DNA of 60,129 nt, filler included, from Globobulimina sp. (lineage: Eukaryota): the NCBI GenBank assembly GCA_003354225.1. It is 13 parts of 13 records of this genome, joined end to end, with 100 filler letters (N's around TTAATTAATTAA, not from the genome) between each part and the next. Parts side by side here need not be neighbours in the genome. Positions count along the whole stretch, not along the records: positions 46,343 to 50,872 come from PIVH01001161.1; positions 50,973 to 55,502 come from PIVH01001162.1; positions 55,603 to 60,129 come from PIVH01001163.1; 10 more parts are not named here. One strand, written 5' to 3'. Below the pieces are notes generated by a model that did not search any database, was not told where the DNA came from, and was given only the letters and a program-made list of their open reading frames with translations. This document shows positions 46,343-57,409 of this stretch, piece after piece. A program made the translations under genes and the position numbers. Each line of letters opens with the position of its first letter. Positions within the stretch are counted from its first letter, which is position 1.

Positions 46343-49300
46343 TATTTGATCAAATTAATGAAGCGGAATATACTGCTGCAAGACAGGAAAAAGAATGAGA
46401 TTACGTGGAAGAAGTGCTTCGTGGGTCGGGATGCGGTGACATGGTTTTTGAGCAAAGACTTTGTGCGTAGTCGACATGCGGGCTTATTGTTAGGCAGACG
46501 GTTGGCGCTAAAGGGCTATATTAAATACGCCGGGACAGAAAAGCGTGATTTTGAGGACGAGATTATATTTTTTTATCAGTTTACGGAGCATTGGAACGAG
46601 CGGCCCCGGGATAAGAGTGATGATTTGAAGGTATTGGCACCGTTCCCCTCCTTAACTGGCATGGATTCGTACGATGGGAATATTACAGAGATGAATGACG
46701 AAAGTAAATCGCATACAAATACATCCTCGCAAACGCAAACTGCGTCGAATAAAGAAAATATGGACAATCGGATAAGTATACTTACAAATGATACGCCGGT
46801 ACCCGACACCCATTGTAATGACAATGAGTACGGTGTACTTAACATAGCAGCGATCATCGGCAATATGGATAATAATATCCAACGATCCAGCTATCGATCC
46901 ACCACTTTATCCACCAAATATGACATATTTAGTGGTAAGGAGATCGTAGATTGGCTTATAAAATATAACCATTGTCAGAATAGGACGGATGGGGCAAACT
47001 TGGGTGGATATATTCGGAGACAGGGCTGGATTCGACACATTGAATTCAATCCGTATTTTAAGGACAAAGATGATGAGTGGTACAAGATTTGCCATGATTT
47101 ATTTGTGTCTGCCACCGATGACTTGGATAGGGATCGAGACATAGACAGAGACAGAACAGTCGTACGGGAGAATAATAATAATAATAAACACGCGCAGTCA
47201 TTGTTGTATAATAATTATAAGAACAAGAATATGGATTTCAATACGTTCCATGCCATGCAACATATCATGGAAGATGGCACTGCGCAGAATGTCAATTCTC
47301 GAGCCACGATGCCTGTAAAATATACCAAGAGACACACGGACTCCCTCGCCAGTAACGCCACCATCACATCAGAATATATCACCAATGCTTTGAACAGCAG
47401 TAATCCGAACATTAATAATCATGAAAGCAGTGAGAGGGTCTCATTGGTGTTAGGTCAGATGGGTCGGGGCAGAGCTACGCGCGGCAAGAAAAGAGAGAAA
47501 TTAGTACAGGATTTGTTTTCCTTTATTATACGCTCACAGATCACCATGAATCAACTGAATATGTCCTGCGATACCTTGTATCAGATGGATATGATTGTGG
47601 ATGGCGCAGAACATCCACATATCAAACGATTATTAAATAAAATTGAAACAAGATTTAAGAAATGCGATGAAGATTTAAGAAATGCGTTAGGAAAGGAACA
47701 GTTTAATAGATTTTTAGTAAAATGCGGTGTCATATTACATCAACAAGACTTAAATGTTATATTTAAGATATTCGACAAGAATAATACCGGCTTGATTGAT
47801 TACTGCAATTTTGCGGAGAATTCCTTAGTACATCGTGTACCCGGCATAACCACTGACAATTTAACTATCACTCATTTAATAAAACATACCATCTCAGTAA
47901 ATTTTGGTATATCTGGCAAAAAGGGCATTGATGATCAGTTCACGGTAATATCCATGGCCATTTCTGCCGCCTTTGAGGAGATAAACGCGTCCTCCACAGG
48001 CGAGATAACTTTAGATGAGTTTCGATTGGCGTACAGGAAGAATGGCATTGAGATCTACGGCGGCGTGACCCAAATATTTGAGAGATTATGTTCAATTGGC
48101 AAGAAAACCATAACTTTAGCAAACTTTATCGAAGCTTTCCAAGGCACCATCTTTGCGAATCGAGCAGAACCACCAAAGCTGAAAGAAGTGCTGAGCAAAC
48201 TGGAGATAATCCAATGGACATTGGGTGATAAACCAGTGGACAATACCTACGACGAAGAGAGCACAAATACCACCCACTCGAATCTAACCAATGGCACTGG
48301 CCTCCATATGAATGGCACTAAACATATGTTGGAAGTGACCCCACATACTGATCAAAACCAGACCATTACGCCACAAACTATAACCCCGTCCGGTATCTCT
48401 CAAGATGGAGCTGGCTTAAATGTCATACAAAACGAAGCAGTGAGTCAGAATGACGGGGAGAACAACGGTGGTTTTATCGTAGGCGCGCCCGGAAACACTG
48501 ATAATATGAGCAACGGTCTAATATCGCCCTCAACCACCGCTGGTACGGAGGTTACGCATCAGGTCAAAAGTTCTGGCGGTCCGTTGCATCAAGTACAGGA
48601 ATCACGCTCTCTGCATCAGGAAAATAGCGATATTGAGCGAGGCCGCACAGATACGCAAGCCACTACGCGTACCTCTTTCAGTGAGGGGGACCACTTAATA
48701 GTACCAATGGGCATCGATACTGCCACTGGCACTGTGGGATTGAACGATGAGTTGACCCATAGCACTGCGCCGGGCATGACCAGAGTACGCTCATTGACCA
48801 ACGATATGAAGTCGCCGCATGTGCAGGTTACGTTGGATTGGCGGGAGTCGTTTGACAAAGTATGGCGTACTTTTTTCAAATCGAGTCTAGTGATTGCATT
48901 TCCTGGCGTGATATTGAACTCTTTATTGCATTTCGTACAAGCCATACCAGTGAGTGGTGGCGGGGACAAAGAGGCGGATTTCCCATTGGTGGATTTAACT
49001 TGGTTTGTCTTTGGGTTTTTGGTGTATTTGGCGTTACAGTCTACCATGGTCGGTTTAGAAGTGACTAAGTCATTGATATTCTTTTATACCATCGTGGCGG
49101 GATCGATTGGAGCGTTGTTAGCCATTGCTACGATCGTCGGCGTGGCGTTAAAAGACATCGATGCCAATGAGTTTGCCAGAGATAAAAGCATTGGTTGGTG
49201 GAGTGGCTTGTTTTTAGTATATTTAATTTGTGAATGTGCCGCGCGGTTAAAATATATGCAGATATTTGGCGCACAAAGAACCAAACGGGAGTATGTATGG

Positions 49301-50227
49301 TATGCTGTGAAATCTGCAATTGGTGTGACATTATTTTGGTTTATACAAACTTTCGTGTCGCTCATTGTTGTGAATGTGTCATTTCCCTCGGAACAGACGC
49401 ATAGATGGCCATTGATAATATATTGTGCCGTGACATTAACGATTATACGGAATATATCGCTGAATTCGTTAGGCACGGCCTTCATAGCCAAGTTGTCGGA
49501 CCATTTCTATTTGGAAGACGTGGAGATGATGGAATTGCGCACTGATCAAATGTTGCTGACTCAGTTATCCATAATATCGTCATATTCGAGTTTGTGGTAT
49601 TTATTTACGAAAACCAGAGAGACAGACTGGAATTGGGTGATATGCGGCATTTTAGTGTACCAATTTATATTATTATTCATGGATATCACGTTGCCAGTGT
49701 TGTACATTCGGCCCAAAATGATCTCTCTGCTCAAAGGAGAGTTGATTGCGTGGTTCGCTGTGGGCGCCCGAGCTTGCATGAATTTTATATTTCCGTTTGG
49801 TTTCAGTAATAACATGCCATGGACAGAATATATTTCTATCTCATTACTCGAATATTGGGATCAAAATTTGATTTGGATCTTAACTTATTTGTTAGGCCCT
49901 ACTTTGTTGTTATTATTGTTATGGTTGCGAATTTATAAAATATGGTCGTATGAACATGTCGAAACTTATTGGGACTTTGATGCTTTTTCACTGTCGTTTG
50001 ACGGATTGAAAGGATATTTTAAATGTTGCAATAAATGCAAGGATGAGGATGGTAACAATTCCGCGAATACACCAATACCTTCTTCGAACAGAAAACAACG
50101 CAATCGATTGATGATAATATGCGCACTCACTATTGGGTTTATTGTGAGTGTGACCGAAGCTGTTTCCTTATGGAGTGATAATCCAAATACTGAAAAATAT
50201 GAAGGCTTTCTTCGTTTTGATTTTTAA
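46343..50227 (+). CDS. DEP-DEP-EF-hand multi-pass membrane protein, 5' truncated
   Basis: DEP1 CFVGRDAVTWF...G..L...GYI...FED..FYQF; DEP2 FSGKEIVDWL...G......GWIRH....FKD...WY; EF loops DKNNTGLIDYCNF and NASSTGEITLDEF; about 10 hydrophobic segments after 48850. Confidence 0.8.
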   Translation, partial: YLIKLMKRNILLQDRKKNEITWKKCFVGRDAVTWFLSKDFVRSRHAGLLLGRRLALKGYIKYAGTEKRDFEDEIIFFYQFTEHWNERPRDKSDDLKVLAPFPSLTGMDSYDGNITEMNDESKSHTNTSSQTQTASNKENMDNRISILTNDTPVPDTHCNDNEYGVLNIAAIIGNMDNNIQRSSYRSTTLSTKYDIFSGKEIVDWLIKYNHCQNRTDGANLGGYIRRQGWIRHIEFNPYFKDKDDEWYKICHDLFVSATDDLDRDRDIDRDRTVVRENNNNNKHAQSLLYNNYKNKNMDFNTFHAMQHIMEDGTAQNVNSRATMPVKYTKRHTDSLASNATITSEYITNALNSSNPNINNHESSERVSLVLGQMGRGRATRGKKREKLVQDLFSFIIRSQITMNQLNMSCDTLYQMDMIVDGAEHPHIKRLLNKIETRFKKCDEDLRNALGKEQFNRFLVKCGVILHQQDLNVIFKIFDKNNTGLIDYCNFAENSLVHRVPGITTDNLTITHLIKHTISVNFGISGKKGIDDQFTVISMAISAAFEEINASSTGEITLDEFRLAYRKNGIEIYGGVTQIFERLCSIGKKTITLANFIEAFQGTIFANRAEPPKLKEVLSKLEIIQWTLGDKPVDNTYDEESTNTTHSNLTNGTGLHMNGTKHMLEVTPHTDQNQTITPQTITPSGISQDGAGLNVIQNEAVSQNDGENNGGFIVGAPGNTDNMSNGLISPSTTAGTEVTHQVKSSGGPLHQVQESRSLHQENSDIERGRTDTQATTRTSFSEGDHLIVPMGIDTATGTVGLNDELTHSTAPGMTRVRSLTNDMKSPHVQVTLDWRESFDKVWRTFFKSSLVIAFPGVILNSLLHFVQAIPVSGGGDKEADFPLVDLTWFVFGFLVYLALQSTMVGLEVTKSLIFFYTIVAGSIGALLAIATIVGVALKDIDANEFARDKSIGWWSGLFLVYLICECAARLKYMQIFGAQRTKREYVWYAVKSAIGVTLFWFIQTFVSLIVVNVSFPSEQTHRWPLIIYCAVTLTIIRNISLNSLGTAFIAKLSDHFYLEDVEMMELRTDQMLLTQLSIISSYSSLWYLFTKTRETDWNWVICGILVYQFILLFMDITLPVLYIRPKMISLLKGELIAWFAVGARACMNFIFPFGFSNNMPWTEYISISLLEYWDQNLIWILTYLLGPTLLLLLLWLRIYKIWSYEHVETYWDFDAFSLSFDGLKGYFKCCNKCKDEDGNNSANTPIPSSNRKQRNRLMIICALTIGFIVSVTEAVSLWSDNPNTEKYEGFLRFDF

Positions 50228-50575
50228 CAAATATTGCTTAGAGTTATAGCTAATAATCAATGGAATTGCAATTGTTTTTACCTATTTAAATCTATAAGAA
50301 ATTGTTGTAAGATATATATTTTTTTATCCTTTCTGCCATTTTGTTGTTTGATTTTTTTTGTTGTTTGTTTTTTGTGTTGTTGTTATTGTTTTTGCTTTAA
50401 TTGATTGTATGTCAATATCATTAAAATCCGTTTTAACCAATTACCAATATAATTTTAGTTGTTATTTTACCAATCGAAATAGTCACAGCGTTGGGTAAGG
50501 TAGGAGGCAATGATTTTTAGTGAAGTTTTTTTTTTTAATTTTGTTAACTCATAAATATACACTATATACTACAAA

Positions 50576-50872
50576 ATGGAAGCTGATTACATCATATATT
50601 CAATATTTTTACTTTTATTCCCTATATTTGTATTGATATTGGTAATAATGCAGATTTTCTCGGATGCCTTTTCAGAAAAAATAGGCAATCCCACAGGAGA
50701 TAAGATCACCAGATCGAGATTATATTTGGTGTATTTAGCAGGAATGTTTTGTGGTGTCATTGGCTATTCGTTACATTCAACCGTTAATGAACATTGGTGC
50801 GAAACATTTGGATTTTTGCCATGCTTTTTTTTTTTAGGTTTATCCAAAGAAGCGTTATTTTTTTTGTTTAAA
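50576..50872 (+). CDS. Multi-pass membrane protein N-terminus, truncated
   Basis: Three hydrophobic segments, open to the contig end. Confidence 0.55.
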
Positions 50873-50972
50873 NNNNNNNNNNNNNNNNNNNNNNNNNNNN
50901 NNNNNNNNNNNNNNNNTTAATTAATTAANNNNNNNNNNNNNNNNNNNNNNNNNNNNNNNNNNNNNNNNNNNN

Positions 50973-53900
50973 ATAATGATTTCCAAACAAATTGATTTTC
51001 TCCTGCTCCAAGAATGGAGTGCCACTTTGCGATATGCAATGACACCAAAAAATTCACAATATACAGATGCAAATAACAATGTCCATTTGCTTGAATTCCC
51101 AATCAAATATTTCCCAAAATACAAAGTCCATTTTACCGGTACAGAAACAGCCATTTTGTACCGAGAGACTCTACTAATAACTCCACTAACTTCCCCACCA
51201 AATTATAACCGTACTGTACGTACTAAAAATTGCCACATAACAAGTGTGATATTACACAGTGGCGACCAAAATATAGGTATTCACTCGTTGTATAATTGCC
51301 CCAGAAATCCAAATATTGACCAACTATTTAATTATCCATTGACAGTTGATAAAAATGTCATTGCTGGAGATTTTAATGTACCAAATGTGATTTGGGGCAG
51401 TAATCGATCGACAGTTGAATCCGACAATTTTGTTGATGGACTAAACTTCCTTAAAATGCAAATACTAAATGTTACCAATCCTTCCTATACATATCCATAA
51501 ATCCTATAAAACTAAATCCTGCATTGACTTATCACTCATTTCCGATGATTTAAAGCATACTAAATGGAATATACTTCATTCCTTATATGATCCAGACTGT
51601 TCAGATCACATTCCCATTGTCACAACCTTTGAAGTTGAGAATGTTTTCGGGTTTAGTGAGACAAAAAAAACCTGGAACCTTTCGGATCAAAAAAAATGGA
51701 GTAAATATCAATGACACAATTTTTGATCAAGATCCAAATGCATACACAGAACAGCTCACATATATTATCCTATATACAGCAGAACAGTCCATTGGTTATA
51801 AACATTATTACCGTGGCCATAAACCATGGTGGAATAATAAAATAAAAAAATTGAAGAAACGATGCAAAAGACTCCGTCGCAGAATACAGCGAATGAAGCG
51901 AAAAGCAAAGCGTTATTCCACGGATTTCCACATATTTCCAAAATATAAAAGAATAAAACAAGATCTAAACGCCCTCCAATCCAGAAAATATAATGCGATA
52001 CAAACAGCTAAAGCCAAATACAATGATAAAATTAATAAATACATACAAACATGCAAGGACTATGGCAGACGATTCTGGCGTACCATTTCGAATAATAAAT
52101 CAAATGACATTAATACTAATAATATCCCACCATTAAATTATAAAAATAATACAAATATAATTGACCCACAACAACAAGCAAAAGCACTCCAAGAAGCCAT
52201 GACGAGACCCCCAAAGCCAAAAGCAAGCCAAGAACATAATAATTGGCATAAATACGTAAATAAATTTGTGCCAACATATCTTAAAAACAATCGAGATGCA
52301 CCAGAAATTGATCCAAATGATATAAATAATATCCTGATTGATAAACAATTACAAAATAAACAATTACAAATAAATACAGACATTCCATTACCAAATAAAT
52401 ACAGACATTACAAATAAATACAGATATCGATGTGGTTTCCAAATTAATCGATGCTGTGATGATGTTCTCACAACTTTTATCACTGACATACAAACTTCGT
52501 TTGATATGGTCAGTGATACTGACGTTGTTTTTACTGATTTTTCAAAAGCGTACGATAGTGTTTGGCATAACGGTTTACTTTATAAATTGATAAAAAATAA
52601 TATAAAAGGAAATATATTAAATGTGCTTGCATCATTTATCCAAACTAGATTCACAAAAGTCATTGCAAAAAAAGCTGAGTCAAACTGGGTTGCACAACCA
52701 ATTGGCGTACCGCAAGGATCTGCTTTATCTCCAATCCTTTATATAATTTTCACCAATGATTTCAAAATAAAATTTCCAAATTTTGTCCATTTTGCTTGCT
52801 TTGCTGATGATACAGCTTTTTGGACCAGCCCTGGTACAAAAGATTCACTCCGATATAAATTCCTCCAAAAAGAATTGAATAATTTCAGCAATTGGTGCGA
52901 TAAATGGCAACTTATGATTAATCCTTCAAAATGTCTATCAATGAACTTTTCCCATAGTAATCCTATAAAATACTATCCTAAATCCACCAAGAAAACTGAT
53001 CCAATCACAAATAAATTCACACAAATCAGTAAATACACCATTCATTCCATTCCAATCAAATACGAAAGTACAGCCAGATACCTTGGGCTATGGTTCGATG
53101 AACGATTAAATTTCCATTCTCATTTTGCCAAAATCCGATCCAAAACTATGCGTAGTTATTGGCGCTTATATTTTACAATTAAATCAGGAATAAAATTATC
53201 CCCATTATCAATATCAATCCTCTATAAATCTTTGGCCAGATCAAGAATTGAATATGGATTGACCCATTATTATCCATATGATTCTACCAATTTACTAAAC
53301 ACGCTCCAAAATAAATTCCTCCGCCTAGCAATCCCCTGCAGGCTTGACTCACCAATTGATATCCTCCAATTCATCCTAAAAATTGAGCCAATCCAAAATA
53401 GAGCACATTACCTCACCATGAGGCAGCTTGCCAGAGTATATTACAATGATTCCTACCATCCACTCAATAAAACCTATAAAGCCCTAACAAAATACCAACA
53501 AACAATTAAAACACATCAATATCGCAGAAAACATAAGAACAAACCAAATAAATTTACAAACCTTAATAAAAATCCACTGATAATTGCCACAAAATACTGC
53601 CAAAATAATACTGAAATAAAAGCATTGACAATGAATTTCAATAAAATGAAAAAAATACAAATAACTTCATCCCCTACGTATAGCCTAAAAATTCTCCCTT
53701 CAAACTATGATGTAGCGTTAAGCCCAGCGGAGCCAACAACACCTTCCGATAACACAGTCACAATATCATTTACAGATGGATCCTGTGACCCAAATCCAGG
53801 ACGAGGAGGAGCTGCAATATATATACCACCCCAACCTTCACATAAATCGCCATATAAAAAACAATATTATTTTCAAATACCAGTAACAATCACCACTGCA

Positions 53901-54999
53901 GAAATTGAAGCAGTACATATGATAATAAATTACATAATAAATCACCCAAATAATTCACAAATACATTATAAAATTTATATTGATAATCTACCAGTCCTCC
54001 AATTTATTAATGGATTAAATTACCCCAAATACAATGAAACAAAGCAATTAATTGAAAACATATTTATTAAACTATTGCAAATCCAACATATAAAACCAAA
54101 TGTATTTATCTCATTTATTAAAATTAAATCACATAATGATAATATATTTAATGATGAGGTGGATCGCCTGGCAAATTTCGCAGCAAAACATACGAAATAT
54201 AATCCGGATTTATACAATGAAATATCATATAATACCACCATCACCCAATTACATAAGCAAATTAGATATCATTGGAGCAGCTCTTGGCTTGGCAGGAATA
54301 CACAGCCAAACCAAGATAGCTATAAAATGTATCAATCCAATCCAATCCTCCATAATAAATTAAATAAAATAATAAGATACTTAAATAAAGATGAAGCAGC
54401 ATTGCTCAATCGAATTATATCAGGCCATATTGAATTAAATTCGTTTCTGCATAAACACAATTATACAGACACAGATAAATCAAAAATTGAATCACCAAAT
54501 TGTATTAATTGTAACTCACATAAACGAGAAACAATTCACCATTACTTTCTAAAATGTCCAACATACGACAACCAAAGAAAACGAATGATAGATTCATTCC
54601 TTACAATATGGAAAGGCTTTAGTAATGGAAATAGATTCCATTTGGATGACCTGTTCTATCCTTATACAATTCGAGAGCCTCCCGACATTGAAAAGGAGTT
54701 AGACATTATGATCCAAGTCAAAATCTGGAAAAACCTTCTTAAATACGTAAAAGAAACAAAAAGATTCAACTACCTATACCAAGTGGACCTAATGAATTTA
54801 TGTCCGTTCATTTCGGATTAAGGGAGCTATTGTACTTATGTGCTAGCTTCAAATATTTTTATTTACCTTTGTTCATTGGCCTCACAACCAAATAAAAGGG
54901 CCTGTATCCTTGTTTGTGTATACTATTTATTAGTGTTACTTGCTTGTGTATTAGGTGGAATCTTTAATTGATTTCTTAGTGTTTTGAAGAAAAAAAAAA
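50973..54999 (+). mobile_element. Decayed non-LTR retrotransposon (LINE): APE endonuclease - RT - RNase H - CCHC finger, 3' UTR and short A tail
   Basis: APE: LLQEW, IAGDFN...WGS, SCIDL, SDHIPI. RT: GFQ..R, DFSKAYDSV, GVPQGSALSP, FADDT, YLG..FD. RNase H: TDGS...EIEA...ID...SH...N..VD.LA. Finger CINC...ETIHH...CP. A-run 54990-54999. Frameshifts near 51495 and 51710; deletion near 52430. Confidence 0.93.
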
Positions 55000-55260
55000 T
55001 GATTGATAATCAAATGTAAATGGAACAGCATAACAATGTTTGTTATATGTAACTGAAGTTTGTGATGAAGGAGTGATGTGTTGATGTTTGTTTTTGTAAA
55101 AAGTTTTTAGTTGTGTTTGATTTACTTGTACGTTTTATTAGTTTGTTTAGTTTAGAGTCATGGGTCAAGGAATCCAAGGAATCAGGCATGCCTTGCAAGT
55201 AAGTTTTTGATGGCATGTTATTTATAGGATGACTAGCTCACTTCAAGAAAATCTTAATAT

Positions 55261-55384
55261 CAAGGTTCTCACCTCATAGACGACAGTGCAAGGATAGATT
55301 TTTCCAGGATTCTAGCATATGAAAGAAGAAGACAAATCTATGCAATAAAGGTAAAAATTTGTCGTCTATGAGGTGAGAACCCTG
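55261..55384. mobile_element. 124-bp MITE-like or hairpin element flanked by ATAT
   Basis: GGTTCTCACCTCATAGACGACA (55264-55285) is perfectly inverted at 55360-55381, extending to CA(A/G)GG ends; ATAT on both flanks. Confidence 0.7.
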
Positions 55385-55603
55385 ATATATATACTTATTA
55401 TAATAAAGCCAAACTTTAAAAAAGCTGAAATGCGATATCTCGGGATTTATTGGTGCTATAACATTCAAACTTTTTTATTCGGTTTCTTTGTTAAAAATGA
55501 TTNNNNNNNNNNNNNNNNNNNNNNNNNNNNNNNNNNNNNNNNNNNNTTAATTAATTAANNNNNNNNNNNNNNNNNNNNNNNNNNNNNNNNNNNNNNNNNN
55601 NNG

Positions 55604-56377
55604 CCACTAAATTATACATTAAAACAAATTGTTATCAATAAGAAAAAAAATAATTTAATAACTACAGAATATGAATGCAAGTTAATTATCATTGAAATTC
55701 TTGATAAATTATATACATTACACAAATGTGGATATATTCACTGTGACTTGAAACCTTCAAACATAATGAAACGAAATATGAAAAATAATAAATCAATGCA
55801 CGGCCATCCAGCACAAAACAATAATAAAATATCCAATGGATGGAAGATAATCGATTTTGGCGCCATTTTATCAGCAAAACAATGCAATAAAATATACAAT
55901 AACAATGGTAAGAAATTGCTATTTAAATTCAGAGGAACTATTAGTTGGACAGCGCCTGAATTAGATATCGATTCTGTGGATAATCACTTTACTTTTGCAT
56001 GCGATATTTGGTCGTTAGGAATTCTGATTTTATATGTTATGTTTGGTACACACCCGTATCAATTGGATGCATTTGAAAGTAAGAAATTATGCAAAACAAA
56101 ACAAGAACGAAAAGAATATTTTTATAAACATAAATTATTGAGACAAACGTATAAGCGCATAAATCATAAAAATTGCTATTTTGAGGATGATAAACAGTCA
56201 CAGCAAGGACAGATATTTATTTGTAATTATTTGATTAAACTGTATTATTCAAACGAAATATCATTGGAATTGTTTGATTTGTTACATAATTATGTGTTGA
56301 GGTTTGATCCTCGACAAAGGTACAGTTGTCGGAAAATATATAAACATAAATGGTTCGATCAAGTCAGAGATTTATGA
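55604..56377 (+). CDS. Ser/Thr protein kinase, C-lobe portion (5' truncated)
   Basis: GYIHCDLKPSNIM, IIDFG, GTISWTAPE, DIWSLG, DPRQR...HKWF. The frame is open from the contig start. Confidence 0.9.
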   Translation, partial: PLNYTLKQIVINKKKNNLITTEYECKLIIIEILDKLYTLHKCGYIHCDLKPSNIMKRNMKNNKSMHGHPAQNNNKISNGWKIIDFGAILSAKQCNKIYNNNGKKLLFKFRGTISWTAPELDIDSVDNHFTFACDIWSLGILILYVMFGTHPYQLDAFESKKLCKTKQERKEYFYKHKLLRQTYKRINHKNCYFEDDKQSQQGQIFICNYLIKLYYSNEISLELFDLLHNYVLRFDPRQRYSCRKIYKHKWFDQVRDL

Positions 56378-56606
56378 GTGTTTGCATTAATTGTTTTATT
56401 TTTTGAATGTTATTTTTTTTTCGTGTGTTTGCATATGAACTTTCTGAATTCATTATTCTCCAATCATTAGTTCTCGAACTAAAGCATAGTGATAAGAATG
56501 AACATTTATTATTTTATTTACATAAATACTCACAAAATGTCAAAATCTGTCATTACCACATTATTAATCGAATTTCAGTTGCTGTGAATATATACGTATA
56601 AAATTA

Positions 56607-57356
56607 CTAAAAACATACATTTATTATTATAAACTTAACATTTAATATAGTTTGCATATTGGAAACGGTCTGCTTTCTTCTCCATGATTCATATTCAAAT
56701 ATACTAATTTTCCTATCATCATTTTTATCCAACATTTGAAACATTAGCAATATTCTTTGTTTTGACACGCCTAATGGCTCAAAATGATGATAAAAATCCC
56801 CAATTATAATTTTCCCATCGCCATCTTTATCTAAATCTGAAAATTGAACATCTCTCAAATGTGTGAGGACCCAATCTGCATCTTTTACAGTGACAGCTCG
56901 CACATGTTTTGCTACTTTTTTCCCTTCCATAAATTTTATAATATCAAATTGTGTCACTTGTCTATTCTCCACATTGTCCGCATTGTCCACTCCTTCATGA
57001 ATCATATTAAATATTTCTCTGCCTAAATCTTGACCAATTTTACCATCAAATATCTCCAAAAATCGCTGTTCAGATATTTGCTGTTTTGCATTTGCAGTTT
57101 CGTCATCATTTTGTGATGCTATATCATATATTAATTGTTTGTATTGCTTTAAATAATGTTGTGCTCCATGACGAAATCTCAACGGCGAAAACCGTGATAA
57201 TTTCAATAATTTGCTCTCTTCATCCAATTCCTCCTTTTTCTCTTCCGCTGCAAATCCAATTTTTTTCTTTACTTTTTTTTTGTCTCCACCATCTATTCCT
57301 ACTTTCTTCTTTTTCTTTTTCTTTGTTTTCTTTTTCTGTTTCGCCTGTTCTGCCAT
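56607..57356 (-). CDS. EF-hand calcium-binding protein with a Lys-rich N-terminus
   Basis: Loops DKDGDGKIIIGD and DKNDDRKISIFE; the 3' end may be spliced. Confidence 0.8.
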   Translation of the reverse strand: MAEQAKQKKKTKKKKKKKVGIDGGDKKKVKKKIGFAAEEKKEELDEESKLLKLSRFSPLRFRHGAQHYLKQYKQLIYDIASQNDDETANAKQQISEQRFLEIFDGKIGQDLGREIFNMIHEGVDNADNVENRQVTQFDIIKFMEGKKVAKHVRAVTVKDADWVLTHLRDVQFSDLDKDGDGKIIIGDFYHHFEPLGVSKQRILLMFQMLDKNDDRKISIFEYESWRRKQTVSNMQTILNVKFIIINVCF

Positions 57357-57409
57357 ATAACTTGATGAAAAAAAAAAACTTAAAGTCTCTTATCACTGAA
57401 GCACTCCAA

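Noticed and set aside
52506-53200. RT as a retron, DGR or group II intron
   Set aside because: The upstream APE endonuclease and downstream RNase H, CCHC finger and A tail identify a LINE.
37488-54999. PIWI and the LINE as a co-located defence/target system
   Set aside because: They lie on different contigs joined by artificial linkers; the order is by contig length only.
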